56,092 bases of DNA. Origin: an uncultured bacterium. GTDB lineage: Bacteria; Verrucomicrobiota; Verrucomicrobiia; Limisphaerales; JACDHS01. The stretch spans positions 1-56,092 of the forward strand of contig CBHWET010000003.1 in NCBI GenBank assembly GCA_966112985.1. The letters are read 5' to 3'. The notes under the pieces were generated by a model. That model ran no database searches. It was not told where the DNA came from and was given only the letters and a program-made list of their open reading frames with translations. Position numbers and translations under genes: made by a program. The first letter of the stretch is position 1. Each line of letters opens with the position of its first letter. Positions 48,931 to 56,092 of the stretch are shown in pieces.

Positions 48931-50973
48931 TTACGCGACTTTGACTTTTACTTTGTGACCTTTGATCTGGGAGCGATTCAGTTTCGCAACGATGCTGTTG
49001 GCGTGTTCGGAGGCGACGTCCATAAATAGATGGCGCTCGCGAACGTCGATCGTGCCGACAACTTTACCCGGCAATCCAGTCTCCCCTGCAACCGCGTTGA
49101 CGACGTCAATCGGAACAACGCCCATCTCTTCACCAAGATTCATCCACAAGCGCGTTTGATTGTCCGGCGTCCGACGGCTCTTCTTTTCTTTCCCGACGGG
49201 CTTTGCTGCTGCCTTAGGTTCGGGCTTCTGTCCCGGCTCGCGGCGTTCGGGAGCAACGGACGCAAGAATCTCTTCGTCAGAGTACGTCTTAGTTGGCGTT
49301 GCAGGAACAGCGCGCGGCGCAATTTCGACGGCTGGAGTGCTTGCAGGACGCGGTTCTTTCGCCGGCGTTGGCGCGGGTGGAGCGGCAACAACTGGCGGAG
49401 TTGGACGAGGTTTGATCGGTTCAGCAGCGCGCGGCATTGGCGTGCGAGCCGGACGTTCGGGCCGAGCCCGGTCTTCATAACGCGGTGCTCGTTCGTCCCT
49501 GCCCCGGTCTTCATAACGAGGCGCACGCTCGTCGCGACGATTATCAAAACGATTTGAGCGACTATCGCGACCACGATCACCGTAACCACGATCTCCATAT
49601 CCCTCCGAACGGTCATCGCGATAGGAAGGACGTTCCTGCCGTTGTGGACGATCTTCGACTGGCGCCGGTTTGGCAGCGGCAGCACCGTCTACCTGCAACT
49701 GGTGCAATAACGCCGCAGCAATGTCGGTAGAACTGAATCCTTCTTCCAACAGGCGTTCGATAATGTGGTCATTCCGCTTGAATTCCGTGCCGCGCAACGT
49801 CGCGCGAATCTTATCCAGGAACACATTGGCTCGCGCTTCCTCAACTTCGGCAGGAGTTGGGATCTTGCCACGCTGCACACGCATGTTCGTGAAACGTTCA
49901 ATGTTGCGGATTTGAAAAACTTCGCGTCCCGATGCAAATGAAATCGCACGACCACTGCGCCCTGCGCGTCCGGTTCGGCCAATTCGGTGGACATAATCCT
50001 CAACGTCGTAAGGCAGGTCGTAGTTGAACACGACCTCAACATCGTCGACGTCAATACCGCGCGCAGCAACGTCGGTCGCAACAAGAAATTCCAAACCCGA
50101 CTTGCGAAATTTATTCATCACCCGGTCACGCATCGCTTGCGTCATGTCGCCGTGCAGGCGATCGGCCGAGTATCCCTGTGCGTTCAACGCATCCACCAAA
50201 TCGTCGACCATTCGTTTCGTGTTACAAAAAATAATCCCGAGCTTCAGATCGTGAATGTCGATCAGGCGTGTCAACAGTTCGATTTTGTAGCGACGATCGA
50301 CTTCATAATAAACCTGCTCAACCGTCGGGACTGTCATCGCTTTTTGTTCGATGCGAACCTGTTGCGGATCGCGGGCGTACTTTTCAATCAACTGTTGAAT
50401 CGGCCGTGGAATCGTTGCAGAGAAAAATACTGTCTGCCGCTGAGTAGGCGTCGCTTGCAGGATCGTTTCGATATCGTCGCGGAAACCCATGTTCAGCATG
50501 ACATCGACCTCATCAAGAATGACCATCTTGAGAGCGTCCAGCCGGAGCGTCCCACGCCGCATATGATCCATCACGCGTCCCGGAGTGCCGATGACAATCT
50601 GCGCGCCTTGTCGAAGTCCATAAAGCTGGCGGTCGTAAGATTGTCCGCCGTAGATGGGTAGCGCATGCAGGCCACGTTTGAAAAATCCGAGCTTGTGAAT
50701 CTCCTCCGAAACCTGCACCGCGAGCTCGCGCGTCGGGCAAAGAATCAGGATCTGCACCGCGCGCTGGGTTGTATCGACTTTCTCAACGGCAGGAATACCG
50801 AACGCGGCAGTCTTGCCAGACCCAGTCTGCGATTGACCGACGACATCTTTGCCCTGCATCAGGACAGGAATCGCTTCCGCTTGAATGGGTGATGCTTGTT
50901 CGAAGCCGAGTTTATCGATGGCTTTGAGCAGTTCAGGAGAAAGGCTCAGTTCAGAAAATAGTTTTGGTGTCAT
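48931..50973 (-). CDS. deaD: DEAD/DEAH-box RNA helicase with DbpA RNA-binding domain (DeaD/CsdA-like)
   Basis: Q motif, QTGSGKT, PTRELA, DEVD, SAT, ARGID, HRIGRTGRAG and a C-terminal DbpA domain. GGAGG RBS before ATG 50973. Confidence 0.9.
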   Translation of the reverse strand: MTPKLFSELSLSPELLKAIDKLGFEQASPIQAEAIPVLMQGKDVVGQSQTGSGKTAAFGIPAVEKVDTTQRAVQILILCPTRELAVQVSEEIHKLGFFKRGLHALPIYGGQSYDRQLYGLRQGAQIVIGTPGRVMDHMRRGTLRLDALKMVILDEVDVMLNMGFRDDIETILQATPTQRQTVFFSATIPRPIQQLIEKYARDPQQVRIEQKAMTVPTVEQVYYEVDRRYKIELLTRLIDIHDLKLGIIFCNTKRMVDDLVDALNAQGYSADRLHGDMTQAMRDRVMNKFRKSGLEFLVATDVAARGIDVDDVEVVFNYDLPYDVEDYVHRIGRTGRAGRSGRAISFASGREVFQIRNIERFTNMRVQRGKIPTPAEVEEARANVFLDKIRATLRGTEFKRNDHIIERLLEEGFSSTDIAAALLHQLQVDGAAAAKPAPVEDRPQRQERPSYRDDRSEGYGDRGYGDRGRDSRSNRFDNRRDERAPRYEDRGRDERAPRYEDRARPERPARTPMPRAAEPIKPRPTPPVVAAPPAPTPAKEPRPASTPAVEIAPRAVPATPTKTYSDEEILASVAPERREPGQKPEPKAAAKPVGKEKKSRRTPDNQTRLWMNLGEEMGVVPIDVVNAVAGETGLPGKVVGTIDVRERHLFMDVASEHANSIVAKLNRSQIKGHKVKVKVA

Positions 50974-51078
50974 GTAACTCCTCCCAAGCCTTAACATAGT
51001 CCCCGCTGCTCGGATACAAGAGTTATTTTGATTTTACGGCTGGCGCTTTGCCGGAGGCATAAAACCAAACATCACGAA

Positions 51079-51933
51079 TCACTCTTTCTTGCTCAAAAAT
51101 TCGTGCTCAAACGAGAAGTACATAAACACCCCGAAATCCGCTGCACTTCCCGTCACACCCATAGGCGTCGCCAACCCGAGAACCATTTGCGGACCGCTTT
51201 CGAGATTGATTGCGTAACGCGCGCCGGGAGAAACGACCGCCGAGAATTCGCGATCCCAACCCGTTCCAGTGTCTGATTCGTTCCATGTGCCAATCGTTTC
51301 GAGCATGAGATGAAATCGTTCGTTGAGGCAGTAAATGACGCTGGCACCAACGTTGTAGTCGATCACATTGTGAGATGGTCGTGGGCCAACGTCGGGTAAA
51401 AAGGTCAGCCCTGCGTTCGCATGAACAAACCACCGGTCATAAAATGTGGTGCTGAACGGCAAATTCCATTGATAACCGAGAGTGTCGTCACTAAATCCGC
51501 GGCTCGCATCGCCGGTCGGCAGCACGAGACTGAAGCGTGGAGAAAATGCGGTGAGCGTATCTTCATTTAAATACGCCTGATACCGGTAGTTCAGCAAAAT
51601 ATCTCCTAGTCCATCGGACGAGGAACCGCTGCTCCATGCGAAACCGTACGGTACAGTATAACTAAACTGGTGGTCCTGGCTGAACACCGGCCATTCCTGC
51701 GTAAAAGAAAAGTCCAGGGTCCGATCTTCGGGACCAAAAACTTTGTCTGCGCCATAAACGCCATTGAAGATATGCTGAACGACTCCCGGCTCCTGGTTAT
51801 ACGCTTCTTCAACGAGAAACGAATTATCCATGATCCCATCGATTGGGCGTTTGGATTTTTCATCCGCCAGTGCCGTATAGGAAAAAGAAAAAATTGCCGC
51901 GACAGATAGAAAAAGACGATAGCCGGTTTGCAT
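51079..51933 (-). CDS. Outer-membrane beta-barrel 'transporter' (putative MetA-pathway/SphA-like family)
   Basis: Signal peptide; DNSFLVEEAYNQEPGVVQH, GLGDILLNYRYQ, LPTGD, alternating beta-strand pattern and terminal FEHEF. Confidence 0.7.
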   Translation of the reverse strand: MQTGYRLFLSVAAIFSFSYTALADEKSKRPIDGIMDNSFLVEEAYNQEPGVVQHIFNGVYGADKVFGPEDRTLDFSFTQEWPVFSQDHQFSYTVPYGFAWSSGSSSDGLGDILLNYRYQAYLNEDTLTAFSPRFSLVLPTGDASRGFSDDTLGYQWNLPFSTTFYDRWFVHANAGLTFLPDVGPRPSHNVIDYNVGASVIYCLNERFHLMLETIGTWNESDTGTGWDREFSAVVSPGARYAINLESGPQMVLGLATPMGVTGSAADFGVFMYFSFEHEFLSKKE

Positions 51934-51934
51934 A

Positions 51935-51954
51935 ATATGAGAATCAATCTCAAC
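51935..51954. promoter_or_regulatory. Fur-family-like operator
   Basis: TGAGAATCAATCTCA (51938-51952), a near-perfect 7-1-7 inverted repeat immediately upstream of the barrel gene's start codon. Confidence 0.55.
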
Positions 51955-52107
51955 GACGCCTCGTGACTGCCACCCAATTGAAATTTTTGCAACATAAATT
52001 GGTCGGCGAGGGTCTCGGGAAATGTCTCCGCTTGATGTTTCGCCCGTTCACTTCTTGGCGCCTCCGCTAAACTCGGACTTCCACGTTCCACTCCGGGTTG
52101 GTTTAGC

Positions 52108-52302
52108 TTTGAACCTTGAACTGCTCGAACTTTGAACCGGCGAAACCACGGTGACCCCGAACAGAATATCCGATTTCGATTCCGCGTCCGCACGCTGTCC
52201 CTTCTCCTGGGAAGGAGAAGGTCAGGATGAGGTCGTTCCCGTGTCGCGTTGTTGGAGTTCAACCTTCAGGTTGTCTGTGGCTCTGAACTTCAAACTTCAA
52301 AC
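52108..52302. repeat. Cluster of degenerate REP-like hairpins and 7-mer repeats
   Basis: TTTGAAC/CTTGAAC heptamers (52108-52138), CCTTCTCC-N6-GGAGAAGG hairpin (52200-52221), GGAG-TT-CAACCT-TC-AGGTTG hairpin (~52254-52273) and ACTTCAA x2. Confidence 0.45.
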
Positions 52303-52344
52303 GGGCAACTTGCCGCAAGTTGCTGACAATCAGGGCCGAAGAAA

Positions 52345-52800
52345 AGCCTTGTACCGGCACAACACCAATTTTTTGTCGTAAAAAAGTGCCTTGTACGCCT
52401 AAGGACCAATTTTGCGGAGCGAAAAGTTAACATTGTACCCTACAGCACCTCTTTTTCGTTCCAAAAAATGACCTTGTACCCGGAAATGGGTGCTCGACTC
52501 GTCAAAAAACTACCTAGTACCGGTACAACACCATGTTTTGGTTCCAGAAAACCGCCTTGTACGCGTAAGCACCAACTTTGCGGAGGAAAAAGTTAACGAT
52601 TACGGAGAAAACCCAGTTCCGTGGAACGAAAATTTACGGTTCAAGGCGATAATCCCAATTTTTTGCCGCAAAAAATCAGCGTTGTACCCGTACAATGCTG
52701 TTTTACGGAACAAAAAGTTACCACTCACGCCGCAAATCCCGATTTCGCGGAACGAAAAATTGGCGTTGTACCCTGTTTCCCGAATTTCCCGTCGCCCGAA
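52345..52800. repeat. Degenerate tandem array, 41-42 bp period, about 11 units
   Basis: TTGTAC (half of the palindrome TTGTACCGGTACAA) at 52349, 52391, 52433, 52474, 52515 (TAGTAC), 52557, 52682 and 52766, alternating with TTTT-N5/6-AAAA segments. Confidence 0.8.
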
Positions 52801-52946
52801 CTTACGCCTTAAGAATATTCCGGAACATCGAGGCAGCAGAAATTGACGTTCAGCGGGAATACCCAATTTTCAGCCAGCCGAATTTAGTGACTTTTTTTGT
52901 CGCGCCGTTACTGACGTGTCCCAAACCAGTCCAGAGTCCTCTTCGC

Positions 52947-54785
52947 CTACTTCTGCGCTTCTTTCGCCCAGGTATCTTTTAGAGTGATCGTCCGATTGAA
53001 GATCGGCTTTCCAGGGTGAGCCTCTTTGTCCAGGCAGAAATACCCGAGGCGCTCGAACTGATACCGGTCTTCTTTTTTCGCACCCTTCAAACTCGGCTCG
53101 AGTTTGGCGGTGATCACTTCCAAGGAGTGAGGATTGATGAACTGTTTGAAATCTTTTGTTTGGCTCGTCCCGTCCGAGCTCTGCACAGCAGCATCAGGTT
53201 CGGGAACCGTAAACAACCGGTCATAGAGACGCACCTCAGCGTCGACGGCTTGCGTAGCACTTACCCAATGAATCGTGCCTTTGACTTTTCGACCTGCTGT
53301 TGCTCCCCCGCTCTTGCTTTCCAGATCAGCGGTGCAACGAAGTTCGCTCACCTTGCCTGAAGCGTCTTTGACGACTTCATCACACTTGATGATGAATGCG
53401 TATTTCAATCGCACCTCACCGCCGGGCCGCAAACGGAAATATTTCGGCGGCGGCGTTTCCATGAAATCATCGGAATCGATGTACAGCTCGCGCGTGAATG
53501 GAACCTTGCGTGTGCCGGTCGTTGGATCTTCGGGATTATTTGTCGCATCCAGTTCCTCAACTTTGTCCGCAGGGAAATTTGTGATCACAACTTTGATCGG
53601 ACGCAAAACGGCCAGTCGACGCAAAGCACGTTTGTTCAAGTCTTCACGTATCGCGTGCTCTAGCACGGCGACATCAGTCAGACCGTTGTACTTTGTCACT
53701 CCGATGTGATAGGCGAAATTGCGCAGGCCCTGCGGAGTCACACCGCGACGACGCATGCCGGAAATGGTTGGCATGCGCGGATCGTCCCAGCCGGTGACAA
53801 TCTTTTCGGTCACCAACTGCAACAGCTTCCGTTTGCTCATCACCGTGTATCCGAGGCTCAGACGAGCAAACTCATATTGATGCGGCAACGGTCGCGGCAG
53901 ATTTAACTGCTCAAGAATCCAATCATACAGCGGACGGTGCACTTCGAATTCGAGCGTGCAGATCGAATGCGTGATGCCCTCGATGTAATCGCTCAGGCAA
54001 TGCGCGAAATCGTACATCGGATAAATGCACCACTTCCCACCGGTGTGATGATGTTCGGCATGGCGAATACGATAAAGGATCGGATCACGAAGCCACACGT
54101 TCGGCGACGCCATGTCAATTTTCGCGCGCAACGTCCGTTTCCCATCCGGGAACTCGCCGTTCTTCATCCGCGTAAACAGATCGAGACTCTCTTCAATGGA
54201 ACGATTGCGAAACGGGCTCTCCGTCCCCGGCCGATCCGGCGCACCGCGATACTTATCGGTATCTTCGGGAGTGAGATCGCAAACATACGCCTTCCCCTTT
54301 TTGATCAGAGCGACGGCGTATTCATAAATCTGATCGAAGTAATCGGAAGCGTAAAAAGGTTCAACCGATGCTTCTGTTTTGCCGACAACCGGCGGCTGGT
54401 AAAAATCTGATTTGCCGTTAACGGGCTTCGCTTCCGGCGTTTTGCCCTTGGGTTTGAATCCAATCTTGTCATCAGCCCAGTCGCTGATGAGCCACTTCAC
54501 GTCTTCCGTGATGGACTCGACATATTCAACGTCTTCCTTCGTTGGGTTTGTATCGTCCATTCGCAAGTTGCAAACGCCGCCGAACTCACGCGCGATGCCG
54601 AAATTCAAGCAAATCGATTTTGCATGACCAATGTGGAGATAACCGTTCGGCTCTGGAGGAAAGCGAGTGTGCGCCTGCGGATATTTGTTATCGCGGAGAT
54701 GCTGTTCCACGATATCGCGAATAAAATCTGAAGGGCGCGCGGCTTCAGGGGCCGCGTTTGTATTGTCCTTATTAGGCGCAGTCAT
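52947..54785 (-). CDS. glnS: Glutamine--tRNA ligase
   Basis: [67 protein letters not shown] 54785 preferred. Confidence 0.97.
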   Translation of the reverse strand: MTAPNKDNTNAAPEAARPSDFIRDIVEQHLRDNKYPQAHTRFPPEPNGYLHIGHAKSICLNFGIAREFGGVCNLRMDDTNPTKEDVEYVESITEDVKWLISDWADDKIGFKPKGKTPEAKPVNGKSDFYQPPVVGKTEASVEPFYASDYFDQIYEYAVALIKKGKAYVCDLTPEDTDKYRGAPDRPGTESPFRNRSIEESLDLFTRMKNGEFPDGKRTLRAKIDMASPNVWLRDPILYRIRHAEHHHTGGKWCIYPMYDFAHCLSDYIEGITHSICTLEFEVHRPLYDWILEQLNLPRPLPHQYEFARLSLGYTVMSKRKLLQLVTEKIVTGWDDPRMPTISGMRRRGVTPQGLRNFAYHIGVTKYNGLTDVAVLEHAIREDLNKRALRRLAVLRPIKVVITNFPADKVEELDATNNPEDPTTGTRKVPFTRELYIDSDDFMETPPPKYFRLRPGGEVRLKYAFIIKCDEVVKDASGKVSELRCTADLESKSGGATAGRKVKGTIHWVSATQAVDAEVRLYDRLFTVPEPDAAVQSSDGTSQTKDFKQFINPHSLEVITAKLEPSLKGAKKEDRYQFERLGYFCLDKEAHPGKPIFNRTITLKDTWAKEAQK

Positions 54786-54986
54786 AAGCGGCGTACGGTA
54801 AGACAATCGCAAACGGAGTCAACCATCGAAAGCCTGCGAAGCGCTTCGGGCAAGGACTGACATTCCACTCGTTCCGCATGACTGCCAGCAATATTCAACG
54901 TCCTCCGTCAATAGGAAGAAGGTAAGCAATTGCGAAACCTCAGCCGGCCCTCTCCGTCTGAAATCGGTCATGCCGGACATGCTTCT

Positions 54987-55702
54987 AAGGGCTGAAAGCC
55001 CGTCATGTGATAGCCCGGGCTAAAGCGAGTCCGACGAGCGGCGGCCCGGGTTAACGATCACACAAAACATCCAAGGCCTGTAAGGCCGGAACAAAATCAA
55101 AATCACTCCCATGCATACCGTTCGTCCAAGGTCTTCCGTTCTTTTCACAAAACCGCCGATACTCAGTCTGGAAATCTTCTTGTTGATGATGTTCGGGTTG
55201 GTTCCGAATGTATTCGCGGACGGCGTCCACATGCATTGGACTGACACTGAATTCTCCATAGCCAGTCTGCCACGCGAAGTCTTCGTAATAGATGCTTCGC
55301 GTCTTGAGCGAACAAGAAGACGAAGTTTTTACCTGTTCGATAATTTTCGCGGGAGCATGATTCTTGGACTGGACAAAAAGATATGTACATGGTCACGCAC
55401 GGAATTAATTTCAATCAGCGGCGATTCGAGATTCTTCAGGACGCCAGTAACGTAAGCATGCAATTCGTCGCGTTCATCGTCCCGCAGAAGTTGCCGTCGT
55501 CCTTAGTGCTAAAAACAAGATGAAGTACGATGTTCGCCAGAGATTGTGCCATTGCGTTGGCGTAATGAAAGGAGCGACATGTTTCAAGCAGAATGGTGAC
55601 GACCTTACAGGCCTTGAATAATGTTGTTTGATCTTCAACCCGGGCCGCCGCTCGTCGGACTCGCTTTAGCCCGGGCTATCACATGACGGGCTTTCAGCCC
55701 TT
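54987..55702. mobile_element. IS200/IS605-family (RAYT-like) element bounded by 66-bp perfect inverted repeats
   Basis: 54987-55052 is the exact reverse complement of 55637-55702. An inner 13-bp pair lies at 55073-55085 / 55603-55615. The arms contain GGGCTGAAAGCCC and CCCGGG...CCCGGG hairpins. Confidence 0.88.
55103..55552 (-). pseudogene. tnpA: Y1 (HUH) transposase TnpA with three 1-nt frameshifts
   Basis: Reconstructed: MAQSLANIVLHLVFSTK / RRQLLRDDERDELHAYVTGVLKNLESPLIEINSVRDHVHI / FVQSKNHAPAKIIEQVKTSSS...FAWQTGYGEFSVS...REYIRNQPEHH...NGRP / DERYAWE*. The HUH motif and catalytic Tyr are present. Confidence 0.88.
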
Positions 55703-55790
55703 GGGAAAACGGCGATAATCGTAGGACAGTGAACGAAACGTTGAGAAAATAACCGCAAGGTGCGGTATCTTAGGAACGAGGGCCTTTCAT

Positions 55791-55988
55791 ATGACTCGCG
55801 ATCAAAAACCAAAGACCGACAAGCAATCCAACCGCGCCGAGCCATGGGAAGTGGAATTTATCCACCACGAATTTCCGACACATCAGATCGATGATGTGGA
55901 ACGCGCGGCCGACGAATGCAAAGAGGAAGTCAAACCTGCGACCGATCGCGAGAAAGTCTTGAAGTGCGTTCGGCGGAAGTTCAGCTGA
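55791..55988 (+). CDS. Small hypothetical protein (65 aa)
   Basis: ATG start with a purine-rich upstream GAGGG; charged helical-looking sequence filling the gap after the element. Confidence 0.55.
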   Translation: MTRDQKPKTDKQSNRAEPWEVEFIHHEFPTHQIDDVERAADECKEEVKPATDREKVLKCVRRKFS

Positions 55989-56092
55989 TCAATTCTCGCC
56001 GTTCCGGCACCGCAACGTCATTGACGGACACCGGGCCCTTTGGTGTAAGCATGGCGTTGCACAGTGAAACACACCCGCTCAATCGATGCAGT

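Noticed and set aside
52490-52982. Short ORFs over array 4 (and 36805..37029 over array 3)
   Set aside because: These are repeat-derived, mutually overlapping frames with no start signals.
56051-56092. Possible gene start (MALHSETHPLNRCS) after a TTGACG promoter-like hexamer
   Set aside because: Only 14 codons are visible before the window ends, so it cannot be supported.

Overview
About 56 kb of bacterial chromosome. The gene content suggests Verrucomicrobiota (Pedosphaera/Limisphaerales-like): giant Calx-beta/Ig/YHYH surface proteins, a prepilin-type H-X9-DG protein, a sulfatase and glnS. This taxonomy is an inference. Housekeeping genes include corA (partial), prfC, an RlhA-like U32 protein, gabD, comF, accD, a cobA-hemD fusion, mtgA, a DEAD-box helicase and glnS. 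Also present are a three-gene sugar-catabolism cluster, three large secreted proteins (one split by a 1-nt frameshift), a cell-envelope cluster (beta-propeller, NlpC/P60-golvesin, MtgA, DUF4015-like GH), several REP-like palindromes and a triple-frameshifted IS200/IS605-family Y1 transposase inside 66-bp perfect inverted repeats. The most unusual signal is non-coding: four intergenic tandem arrays (about 5.3, 22.7, 36.8 and 52.4 kb) differ in sequence but share a 41-42 bp unit built from two short palindromes. Three of them end in the same 30-bp motif, oriented the same way relative to the array. No rRNA, tRNA or true CRISPR array was recognised. Family assignments come from motif recognition by eye, not from database searches.
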